A stretch of DNA of 63,643 nucleotides, filler included, from Hyphochytrium catenoides (taxonomy: Eukaryota; Protista; Hyphochytriomycota): NCBI GenBank assembly GCA_900088475.1. It is 7 parts of 7 records of this genome, joined end to end, with 100 filler letters (N's around TTAATTAATTAA, not from the genome) between each part and the next. Parts side by side here need not be neighbours in the genome. Positions count along the whole stretch, not along the records: positions 1 to 21,006 come from FLMG01004117.1; 6 more parts are not named here. One strand, 5' to 3'. This document shows, one piece after another, positions 1-10,641 of the stretch; within the stretch, counting starts at the first letter, position 1, and each line of letters begins with the position of its first letter. The position numbers were made by a program, and so were the translations under genes. The notes below the pieces were generated by a model, which was not told where the DNA came from, ran no database searches, and was given only the letters and a program-made list of their open reading frames with translations.

Positions 1-195
1 GACTGCGCACAGAATGACTGAGCGATGGCGTGATGAGAGATAGGGCCGTGCAGGCAACACAGCTGCTGTCATGCCTTTGAAGACGTTGAGGACAGGAGGA
101 AAAGATGAAAAGATGACAGTGCGGAGAGAGGGAAGGAGAGAAGGGAGAAGAAAGGCGAGGGGAGTAAGGAGTACGAACAGGAAAGAAAAGAGAGA

Positions 196-228
<33 letters not shown>

Positions 229-276
229 NNNNNNNNNNNNNNNNNNNGGAGAGAGAGACAAAAAAGAGAGAGAGAA

Positions 277-307
<31 letters not shown>

Positions 308-768
308 AAGAGAGAGAGAGAAAGAGAGAGAGAGGAAGGAGAGAGAGAGAGGAAGAGAGAGAGAGAGGAGAAGAAAGAGAGAGAGAGAGGAGAAAAAAAA
401 GAGAGAGAGAGAGAGGAGAAGAAAGAGAGAGAGAGAGAGAGGAAGAAAGAGAGAGAGAGAGAGAGAAAGCGAGCTAGAAAAAAGAAGAGAAAGATCAACT
501 GCCTGAAAGAACCGCCACCATAGCCGTTACCGACCTTTCAAACTCCAAGAACCACTGTATTCCTAATAATGAAGCTCCACAATGTTTTATTACATGGAAT
601 AGCGCTTTTACTTATCCCGCATCCATTGCTGGGCTCACGCCCACTTTTCTGTGATTTCTTCTGTCTCCCGCCGCTGCTCATCAGAAGATTTTCCCGTGCC
701 TCTGCCTCAGAAAGCATCTTCACATTTCCTTCTTCCGATGACGAAGCTCTACGGCAGAGCCTCGCCAT
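1..768 (-). CDS. Possible 5' part of a spliced gene running off the window start, divergent from the EDR2-like gene; unknown product
   Basis: Three phase-compatible segments read MARLCRRASS...KSG / RIQWFLEFERSVTAMVAVLS / GMTAAVLPARPYLSSRHRSVILCAV. The second donor would have to be a weak GC. No family recognised. Confidence 0.3.
139..490. repeat. (AG)n-rich microsatellite tract containing a short N gap
   Basis: Directly visible GA dinucleotide runs. Confidence 0.95.
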
Positions 769-957
769 TAAAGAAGCCAAGCTTCTAGTTAACGGGAAGG
801 GGCCTTCTCAGGGGAGAAGGAGGCTTATTTGAAGGACGGCTTACGCTTGAAGAGTTTTGTGTCTAGAATATTAAGGCCACGCTACTGAAAGTAGGACCAA
901 AAGCCGGAAGGATCTAATCTTGATTACACGCCTCGCCGCCAGGAGCCAACGCAAAGC

Positions 958-3156
958 ATGCCACCAATCCTGGAAGGATACGTCCGCCGTCGGCGAGACA
1001 ACATTAGCTGGGTTTGGTCTGAGCGATATCTCATCCTCGAGAACAACTCTACTCTTCTGCTCTTTAAACGCAGAGGCGACCCAGTGCCACGAAGAACCAT
1101 TATCCTATCGCCTGGGTGTTCTGTCGAGCAAATCCCGGCTAGCGCCAACGCAGGCAAGAAGGAAGGGACTGACAAGATCTTCCAGTTCAAGATTAACTTT
1201 AGCCGGGACCACAGAGACTTTCACCTTGGCTCCAGAAAGGAATCTATTGAGTTCGGCACCAGCTCAGAAGAAGAGACGGAAAAGTGGATCAGCGCCATTG
1301 ACATTGCCATCCAAAGGTCAGAGGCGCTGGGAGCCAGGAAAAGTGCGGTCAAAGCTGAGGTTGGAGACACTCCAGCTACCATCGCCGCGCTTCTGCAACA
1401 GGACGCCAAACGTGGCCTCTTACGTACGAGAAACCAGTCCATTAAGGGCGGGGATAGCAGTGGAGGAGCGGCAACGGCGGGAGATGACGCTGGGCGTTCT
1501 TCTTTCGCGTCATTCCATCAGGGTCCAGAGAGCGCTGAGGATGAAGGACTAGAAGAAGGTGATGATGTGGCCAAATGGCGTGTGGTTGGGACCGATGGTG
1601 CGCTAAGTATCTTGGAAGAGACTTCTGCCGCAGCAGAAGAGGATCTGGCAGCCGCTGCGCTGAAGCACGCTGAAAGCCACAACTTTCTAGTGATGAAGAT
1701 TCTCATCACGGCTGCCGGTTCATTCCTCGCTCTCTCTTCTTTTTTCTCAAGCTCTCTCTGGGTGGCCGGAGCCCTCTCTCTTTTCGCTTCTTTCCTGGTA
1801 GGTGTCTCTGTCATCAGCGTCCCTCGGAACCTCTCGATCCCTGCCCTGCGCACCTCTCTGTCTGTTGCAGGTGATCCTGATGACGTCTTCCGCGTAGTTC
1901 ACGACATCTCTCGCTTTGATCGTTGGGATTGCGCCTTTCTTTCTATGAAAGTGGTGGAGACAGTGGACGCTCACACTGATATTGTCTATGGAGTCCTTCG
2001 CCCTGTCTGGACTTGGCCATTCTTTCATAGGCCTCGAGACGTGGTGTTCACTCGCTACTGGCGAAAGGAGAAGGACGGGACGTACCTAATCGTATGGCAG
2101 AGCACCTCTCATCCTTCTTGTCCGCCTACGAAGAAGTACATCCGCAGCTCTATCCCAGGCTATATGATGATATTCGCCCCCATAAGGCCGCAGTTTGATG
2201 TGCAGCTTAACCGCTGCTTGCTAACCATTGTGATGCGCTATGACCCGGCTGGCTGGTCTAGATGGTGGACAAAGCTGCATGGCAATCAGCTGCTCTATAC
2301 ATTGCCTTTCCTGCGCAATGCAGTCACTATCAATGATGGACTCACTCGCCAGAAGTTCCTCGAGCCAAGCCTGTCCAAAAGTTCTCTGAAGACCGGCGTC
2401 TCGGTGGATCACAGCGGACTGGTTCTGGGTGTAGAGAAGCTCCCTTCATCCTGCTCGGACAAGTTCTGGGCCGAGCCTGCTGCCAACAATTTTAAGGTTC
2501 GGGGCCCAACCTACCTGTCGGACAAGCAAAAAATTGACTCTGGCTCCTCTCTATTCCATCTTGTCGCCTTTGAAGTCCTCTCCTTTGAGGATCCTACGGC
2601 AAGATTCAACATCGGGGCCAGGCCTGACAGTTTGAACAACTTGCACCAGCGAGGTGAACCGACAGACGCGGACTTTTGTCTGATCCTTTCTCTTGTTATC
2701 CCGTCGTCGGATAACTTGGCGATTGTGATGTACTACAAGCCGTCCTCTCCATCCTGGAGAGAGGACAAGTCGCCCGCCTGGGAGCTCTTCCACGACTTCC
2801 TTGACGCTGACAATGACTTTAGGAACACACGGTTCAAGCTCATCCCCCGGGTGGTTGACGGCAGCTTCCTCATTCAGTCCGCGGTGGGTAGCAAGCCCGC
2901 GATAATCGGGAACAAGGGGCTACAGATTCCTTACTATAAAGGCGAGCGCTACTTTGAGATTGATATTGATATTGACTCGGACCGCATCGCTCGACAGGTA
3001 GTGGGGATGTGTCTGGGGGTGACCAAGTCGCTGGTGGTGGACATTGCCTTCGTGATTGAGGGCAAAACAGCTGAGGAGCTGCCCGAGAACGTGCTGGGAA
3101 CTGTCAGGATCAAGAATATTGACCTGAAGAAGGTGATGAAGCGCATTCCTGCTTGA
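958..3156 (+). CDS. EDR2-like PH + START + EDR2_C (DUF1336) lipid-binding protein, single exon, 732 aa
   Basis: N-terminal PH (LEGYV...WSERYLIL...EKWISAI); START (RWD...VVETVDAHTDIVY...RPRDVVFTRYWRKEKDGTYLI); DUF1336 (FKVRGPTYLSDKQKI...FRNTRFKLIP...YFEIDIDI...EELPE). Confidence 0.92.
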   Translation: MPPILEGYVRRRRDNISWVWSERYLILENNSTLLLFKRRGDPVPRRTIILSPGCSVEQIPASANAGKKEGTDKIFQFKINFSRDHRDFHLGSRKESIEFGTSSEEETEKWISAIDIAIQRSEALGARKSAVKAEVGDTPATIAALLQQDAKRGLLRTRNQSIKGGDSSGGAATAGDDAGRSSFASFHQGPESAEDEGLEEGDDVAKWRVVGTDGALSILEETSAAAEEDLAAAALKHAESHNFLVMKILITAAGSFLALSSFFSSSLWVAGALSLFASFLVGVSVISVPRNLSIPALRTSLSVAGDPDDVFRVVHDISRFDRWDCAFLSMKVVETVDAHTDIVYGVLRPVWTWPFFHRPRDVVFTRYWRKEKDGTYLIVWQSTSHPSCPPTKKYIRSSIPGYMMIFAPIRPQFDVQLNRCLLTIVMRYDPAGWSRWWTKLHGNQLLYTLPFLRNAVTINDGLTRQKFLEPSLSKSSLKTGVSVDHSGLVLGVEKLPSSCSDKFWAEPAANNFKVRGPTYLSDKQKIDSGSSLFHLVAFEVLSFEDPTARFNIGARPDSLNNLHQRGEPTDADFCLILSLVIPSSDNLAIVMYYKPSSPSWREDKSPAWELFHDFLDADNDFRNTRFKLIPRVVDGSFLIQSAVGSKPAIIGNKGLQIPYYKGERYFEIDIDIDSDRIARQVVGMCLGVTKSLVVDIAFVIEGKTAEELPENVLGTVRIKNIDLKKVMKRIPA

Positions 3157-3478
3157 CTGGACACGCAGACGTAATAGATGAGAAGAAGAGGAGCTGATTT
3201 GCTTATGAGGAGAAGCAAGTACGTCAAGAGATAGAAAAAAAAGGGTTAAGAGTCGAAGACCGAGGAAGAAGCAATTAGAAAGTAAGGAAACGAAAAGCAT
3301 AGACAAGGAATGTGGAAGGGGCTCTACGTCTCGCCTTCGAACAGAAGCATGGGCTAGTTTGATAGCACTAGACATAGTAGGCTAGGGAAGCAGGAGGGGA
3401 ATAGAGGTAGAGGCGCGAGTCCATAGCAGAAAGCTTTAAAAAGTCTCAATAGATTAGGACCGATAAGATCACCCATTG

Positions 3479-4597
3479 CTAGAGGTAGGAAGACCACCGC
3501 GATCCAGTATTCTGCGGCTGCAGAGGCTGAGCCAGACCTGCTTCGTCTCCTCCTTCAAAGGCTTCTTCCTCTCTCTTCCGTGCCTGCTTCGTCTTCCTCC
3601 CTGCAGACCCCTGTTCCTCCTGATTCCACCTCCTTCTCTTCTGTTTGGGTTGATTCGGCACTTCTAGGACGTACTGCAATGATGAAGGAGATGTTGAGTG
3701 ACAGAGCAAGTCGCATTAGCTAGCATTGAGCACAATGCTTGATTCTCCTTGGCGCTAGAGAGCTAGGAACCGGAGGAACTGCGCGGAGAGCTGGTAGATA
3801 TAAAGATGCAGTAAGAACTCTTTACCTGACAGTCGTTAGAGGTGGAAGAGGTCCAGTCTTCCTGTGCATCTCCCTGTCTCTGACTCCCAGGCTCAACAAA
3901 TTGGCTCCACCGGCTCTCGTTTTGGTCATTTGGGAGATTCTCTGTGCACACAAAGAGAGTTTCGTCAGCTCCTGGTGTGTATGCCAGGCCAGCGAAGAGG
4001 AACTGCACCAGTACCTCGATGGCCCTCTGTCGGCTGGAGGTAGTCTTCATTTGGCTCATAGTACACAGTAACAGTCTTTGGCTTCTTGGACCGCTCCATG
4101 TTCTAGGAGTGACAAAGTACGAGACGCAAGAACGGCTAAGAGTCCGGCAGGAGACTGGAGGCTCTGGCCTTTTAGATTTGGCTTATGAGGAAGCAAACCT
4201 TTGACATCACGAAGCTCCGGACCTCCTTGGCTAAGTGGAACAACCGGCAAAGCGAGGTGCATTAGAGACAGTTCTGACATGAAGCTTGCTGCTACGCCGA
4301 AGAGAGGCAGTTAAATACCTTGATCTGAACGCTTATAGACTTTTACCACTGACTGCTTCTCATTACACTGCATGAGCATCAGGCAAAGCCGTAAGAATCA
4401 GAGGTAACCTCTTGCACTGTCCTTGGGGCTCTTACTATTTTGCAGCACCACTTGTTGACCTTCTTCTGCTGTGTCACTTGGAAAGCCTGCAAAGAAGAAG
4501 TACCTGTAAGGGACTGTCCCTGATGATCTCCTAGATAACAAGTGATGGACAAACTTGCCTCGCATTTGTAGCACTGAAGGGCTAGAAACTGGGGCAT
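3479..4597 (-). CDS. MRNIP: MRN complex-interacting protein (UPF0544), 7 exons, first intron GC-AG
   Basis: Spliced translation MPQFLALQCYKCE/AFQVTQQKKVNKWCCKI/CNEKQSVVKVYKRSDQ/AKEVRSFVMSK/NMERSK... matches the MRNIP zinc ribbon (CxxC..FQ..Q.KK..KW.CK.C.EKQS). SRWS motifs lie in the tail. Confidence 0.88.
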
Positions 4598-5335
4598 CTT
4601 TCTCTCAATTGGGGTCGTATCCAGTCACCTGTCACTCAAGAGAGTTTAGCTTAACTTTGAGTCTTCATGTCAGGACCGGGCGCTCAGCCGCAGCGCGAGC
4701 CGCAGGAGGAGAGATAGATGACGTTGCCTTACGGAGGTCGGGCCAACTTACGTGCTACGACCTTCCTTTGCGCTACTCCTCTACCTTCTAAAGTCCTTAT
4801 TATATGAGGCGCCAGCAGCGAGGTGCGATACTTCTTCCTAAGTGAGCTTCAGAAAGAGAGACCGGGCATCACGGCGTTTCACTTCTGATGAGACAGATCA
4901 TCGGCGATTGACGATTGACCACAGAGACACACAGACATGCCAAAAGATGGCGCCAAGAAAGACTCAAAAACCTCTTTCTCTGGCGGAAGACCGCGATGAT
5001 AACTAAATCTGTTAAGCTGAGTGATAATCATTCCTTGGGGCAGTCTAGTTAAGGAGATTCTGATCTTTTGGGGGTCGCTGTTGCGCTGCCAATTCTGCCA
5101 AAGCCATGCTTCTGATGATTTTTGCGACAGATGAAGATCTTGAGAGACTGTCACTGCGTTACAGAGATTGGCAACGATCGTAAGTGGAACAAGCAACAGC
5201 TCTGTGCGAAAAAGGAACGTGCGGATGAGACGCTTGGACATCTCATAGGGGGTTTCGTGCGCCAGGGCAAAACTGTGGCAGACTTCCGGGCTGGGTAGGA
5301 CGGCATGCGATCGCCCAGCTAGTGGTGCCAACGCT

Positions 5336-6603
5336 ATGGCCGACTCTGCTACAGATCTTGATCGTACGGAGCTGGAGCAGTATGATAAAGCAGATGAATA
5401 CGATGAAGAAAGAGAGAGAACATTTCGCGGCGAGTGGAAGGAGTACTTACATCTCGTGAAGGACGAGCCACGCGGTGTTGGCGTGGGTGTAGACTTACAT
5501 GAGGTAGGGCAAGTGGTAATCTCAACTCGGATGCCAGAGTAACTCTTTCCCCCTTAGGTTCAAAAAGCGACGCGGGCCATACAGGAGGAGAAAAAGAGCG
5601 GCAAGAACTTGAAATGCAGCGTTTACGTCACGGGTGGGGCAGCTGTCGAAATGGGAGACTGACTTGTTTAGGAGCTTATGGCCTGCTTCTAGGTATATCG
5701 TCCAAGGTGACAGAGATGACTTTAGAGGAAGAGTTTGCTGTCGCTGGAAAGATTAAGGTATAGCGTGCTTATCTAATCGCTCTCATCGTCCTTGTGGCAC
5801 TGACGACCCTCTTAAAAGTTAGACCAGCGTTTTTTAACGCCTGCGATCAGCGTATATATGAACCGAAAAACGCACCTCCCTCGCGGCGATGCACTGATAG
5901 AGTTCGAGGATGAAGACGCTGCTTTGGCTGCAGTACGGCTAGGAGATGGTTAGTGATGACATCAACAATGCTGAAGGGTTTGTAGTGAACATGCCCGTTT
6001 AACCTTCACCAGGGCTTCTTCACATGGGCAACGTTCTTTCTGTACGGCTGCTTGATGAGAATACGCAGAAAATTCTTACTGCACAGATCTATGATCGGTC
6101 CAAGCCTTGGGTCTGCAGAAAGTGAGTCGGCCACAAGTCTTCATTGTGATGTGTTTGCCTCACACCCCTTTGTTGTCTTTATCGACTAGATGCAAAGAGA
6201 CAAACAATTTCTCTCGCGTCACCTGCCAGCAGTGCCGCTCATGGCGGCCAGCCCCGAACACCGATAAAGTTATTTTGCCCGACGATTGGCTCTGCGACAG
6301 GTGCATCCGAGAAGATTGGATTTCTGTGATGCGAAGTCTCCCACTAAGTGCAAATCCTTTCGTACACTCGGCTCTTCTTACAGCTGCCTAACGAACAATC
6401 GGAAGGACCAAGCAACATGTCCGAATTGTGAGAAGAACGAGGTGCGTTATCTGAAGGCAGTCAAGTTCGGCGAGAGCACAAACACCATCACCGAACTCAG
6501 CGGTGCGGACGCTGAGCAAGAAGAAGCTGCGGAGGAGGAGGACCAAGAGAAGGAGGATGGTGAAGCGACGCGGAGCACGCCCACTGTTGCACAGGGTACA
6601 TAA
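5336..6603 (+). CDS. FET-family-like (TAF15/EWS/FUS-type) RRM protein with two RanBP2 zinc fingers, 7 exons
   Basis: Spliced RRM: VYVTGISSKVTEMTLEEEF..GKIK/RFLTPAISVYMNRKTHLPRGDALIEFEDEDAALAAV. Fingers: WVCRKCKETNNFSRVTCQQC and WLCDSCLTNNRKDQATCPNC. Confidence 0.82.
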
Positions 6604-7379
6604 TGCGTAGGCTCAATCGAACAAGGCGATCTCTCAATCGACCCCGACAATTGTTGTTGTTTATAAAATATTAGAATAGGCAAAGTTCTCCCTTGCCGTT
6701 CTAACTTGTCTTCCACCAGGAAGTCCTCATGAAAGCTCTGTTTGACAGACCTCCAACCTTATCAGGACCTGCAACTCTCGCCTGACCCGCGGCAGCTCTC
6801 TTACATCCTTAGTCTTTCCATAGCAGAGTCTGCAGAGGGTGACCTCTTGAACCTGTGTGACCTTACTCTCTCATCATGATGGCATGTCTGTTGCCTGCTG
6901 GAGACCTGAATCTGTGGAATCCAAAGGCCTTGAAAGTTCCTGATGTTGATGTGTAACCTAAAAATAGCTTTCCGTCAAGAAAGACTCATTGAATCTTTCA
7001 TATGTATGGCTATTTAGCACCTTCCCACGAATATTTCGAACGATCTTTCCCAGTAAGATTTCCGACCATCATCCCCATCATGGGAAGAAGAGAAGCTCGT
7101 CTTATCACTGGAGGCAGAAAGGGTGCGACACCTGCGGGAGGAGAGGACACAGCGCGGCACGGCATGGCAGGACAAGGCAAGGCGGCGCGCCTAGGTGCTC
7201 AGTACAGCTGTCAAGAGTGTCACGCAGATTGATAATTGCCAACACCTTAAGAGTGCGTACCGTTCTGCTGGATGCCAGTGTTATCAGCGTAGCAGCGGGT
7301 GTGACACGAATCAGGCAGAGGATAATAATTAGAGAAGCGAGTTGGAAGTAGAAGGTAGTTGCTGGGGAACCGCATCCCA

Positions 7380-8555
7380 ATGTCCCACAAGATGGTGATC
7401 AATAACTCGATGAGTTCGAGCGGCGAGGTAAGGCGAAAACTGGGTTGAGGGCACTAAATCTCCGACACTGATGCTCTTGTTGGGGTTCCAGTCCTCCTCA
7501 GGTGCAGCTCCCAGCAGGAGCCGATCCATCATGGACATGGCCAGGTCCACCATCAACTATGACAAGTTGCGAGGGATCAACGCCTTCTTGGGCATCGGTG
7601 AGGATCTGGCCGCTTTTTATTCTCTCTTCCTGCACTGCTAATGGCCTCTTCTCGAGTTAGGTGAGCAGCAACCTTTCAACATTCCGTCGAGTGAGATCGG
7701 AGTCAGGATGAAGAACAATTTTAACTACTTTGTCACCAATTACGTGGCATGTGCCATCGTCATCGCCATCGTCGCCGTGTAAGATCATTAGTGGGAGAGC
7801 TTTGACTATTCCCTTGTTTGCCTTTCTGCTTCCGAGATCTCTGGCTGACCGCGCTTCTTCCCTATTCCTCCGTCACTGATTATTTCCTCCAATAATCTCC
7901 ATCCATTCATTTGACTGGAGATGTATGTGAGTCTTCCTGAAGATAACAAAGAGGAAGGACTATGAAGTCTGTTGCTTTCCCATTTTCCACCTCCTAATGG
8001 CTCGCACTTGGTAAAGTTCAAACTCTAACTAATGCTGTTCCTCCTACCCACTCCCGTTGTTTGCAGCCTCCTACGGCCGTTCTTAGCGTTCATCATCATT
8101 GTCATTAGCGCTGTGTGGATCTACACGACGCGCTTTTCAAGCGACCTTACGTTCAGAGGGATCGTCATCACGCAGCGGACACGAAACTTGGCCATTGCAG
8201 GCGCCATCCTGTTCCTTGTCCTTTTCTTTGGCGGGGATCTAATCTTCACGGTGGTACCTGCCAGGTAAATAGATCCTTTCTATCACCCTTAACTCTTCCC
8301 TGTTCGTCTGTGCGATATCTGTTGAACCTGCTGCAGCTAAGTTGTCTATGACTCCTCTGCCCACAGTGCTGATGTCTGAAATCTAATCTTTGCTTTCTTT
8401 CCATCAACTCAAGCCTTGGAGTCACGTTTGCGCACGCTTTCCTTCGAAACTACCAGATTGAGGACAACTATCCTTACGATAGGCTTGATGCCACGCCTGT
8501 CGTCCTTCCTGTGGTCAACTCTGCCGCTAAGCCAGGCCCCAAGGGTGCACTCTGA
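7380..8555 (+). CDS. PRA1 (prenylated Rab acceptor) family membrane protein, 5 exons
   Basis: Spliced: ..PFNIPSSEIGVRMKNNFNYFVTNY..hydrophobic..LLRP..GVTFAHAFLR. The R...N..YF..NY and HA.LR motifs are PRA1 hallmarks. Start could be 7380, 7392 or 7410. Confidence 0.85.
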
Positions 8556-9986
8556 TGGTCTCCGCGTGTCGCAGGCACGACTGAAGCAACTATCACACTT
8601 CTCTAAGCTATTTTATGATGCTAAGCTATTTTATGATGATTTATATTCCACGGACCAGCTTTTCTCTCATCATCCGGCAGCGCTCTAAGGTTCCATCTAC
8701 TATGGCCCTCCTTGCCTGGTATGAGCTCACTCCACTCGCACCCAAGTTGAGCAAAAGAGGCTGCCTAGAGTCGGCTCGGCGCATGCCGTCTCTGTTTAAG
8801 GTATTGCTCAGAATTGTCTGCTCTACGCTCTTCCAGCTCTTGGTGGGATGGTTCAACTACATAGGGATGTGGTACATTTACATAATAGAATTAGAGCAAC
8901 AGGTGAACCTCTTTTGCTAAGCGTAAGGACAGTCCTATGCCGCCTGGTACAAATGGTCCCAGGGTCTGTGGGCTGTCATACACTTTGTAATGCTCGCTTG
9001 ACCGTCATTTGCCAGCAGCAGAGACCCCTCGACTCAAGGTCCCTTCTCACAACAACCAAGTAGCTCTGCTTCACCTCACAGCAAAGTCCCAACCCATCAA
9101 TGCAGTGATAAAAAAACCGAGAAAAGGCAAGCAGGCCGAGCCAAGCGTAGACAGAACTTAGGTCTCCTTCTTTGGACCTCAGTGAGCAGTAGGTTGAAAG
9201 CAACGACGAGTGGACGTGTGGATCGTCCTCAAATCTTCATCAAAAGCAGCAAAAAATCTGGCGCGAGGTCGTGCAGCTCTTGCCTCCAATAGGGACGTGC
9301 GTTGTAGTCGTCATGCGAACAGACGAGGTGCCCTCCATAGTACTACTATAGCGTAGAGGCTCTATGAACCTGAGATTTCATGTATTATTACTGCCAGGAG
9401 CACACCGAGGTAGATTGATGCAGGGGATGTGAGGGGACCCGTTTCCAGTGCTTTTTGGTCACTCTTCCTCACCTCTAAATCATGAATCCCAAGATATAAT
9501 GTATCCTAATAGGCTCATAGTACCCTATCTCTTACCTGGTCTGTCTCGCAATACGTTGGCCTCGATCTCCACATGTCAGGCCTGTTAGGGCGCGGAGGCC
9601 GATCAGAACGGACTCTGAAGCATCATCGATGATCGACGGAGGCTGAGCGATAGATCAGTAGAGTGAGAGAGACAGACAGACAGACTCCATCAGAAGAAGA
9701 GACAAGAGAGGGCAAGAGAGAGAGAGGCGAGGGTCAACAAGCCTAGGGAGAGAAGGCGAGGCACGCGCCGTGATTATGCAAAAGGGGGCAAGTGTTTCCT
9801 TTGGAAGGACGACTCCACGCTGCATCAAGCTCAGGCGGATCCTGGGATCCCGGTCTCTGTCAGCATCCACACCAGTCGATACCTCTGAGAATGTAGACTG
9901 ACGCAGCCGCTGAAAGCTCATCTCTATCGAGCTGATAAAGAGCCAGGGCGAGGTAGGGAGGCTCAGGAGGAAGAGTAAAGGAAGTG

Positions 9987-10610
9987 ATGGGGAACTGCTG
10001 CAGTGCAGATGTACCTGGAGAGCAGATTGAGAGTGGAGAGAACATTGGGAGCAAACTTGTGCGCCATCACTTTGTCGACGACATTACATCCGTCTTCACT
10101 TTTGAAAAGGAACTAGGGAAAGGTAAGGTTTGAAGTCGTGTTGAAGGAGAATGAGTACAATGGCGACGCTAGGTCAACACTATAGCTGGTTGACAGAGAG
10201 TCAGGAGATGGCAAACGAAGAAGAATTGAAATGACAGGCAAGAGAGAAGCAAGGCGAGGTCACGGATGAAGCTGGATAATGGGAAAAGGAGAGAGGTCAC
10301 AGAGAGTTCTGAGAGATAGAGGCAGCTCCACATAACCACAAGAACTGAGAGACAGAGAGACTTAGGGAACAAGATTGGCCGTTAGGCGTCCTTAAGGCGA
10401 AGAGTGTAAGAGTAACGGATTTCTCTTTCTTAGGGGCTTATGGAGCAGTGTACCTTGTATCCGAAAAGAAAACTGGCGCGAAGAGAGCACTGAAGGCAGT
10501 CAAGCTGGAGAAGACTCTTGATAAGGTGACGCGAAACCCGCTAAAGGGCTATTTTGCTCATTTCTCGCCTATTTTATCCTCGTTCTCTCTCTCTTCTCTC
10601 TCTCTCTCTC

Positions 10611-10641
<31 letters not shown>

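Noticed and set aside
71-523. RE-rich and SL-rich ORFs here and throughout the ORF track
   Set aside because: Translations of (AG)n/(CT)n tracts, which lack stop codons.
8603-8638. Perfect 18-nt tandem duplication in the PRA1 3' region
   Set aside because: Only two adjacent copies, no spacers or element; simple slippage and not CRISPR-like.
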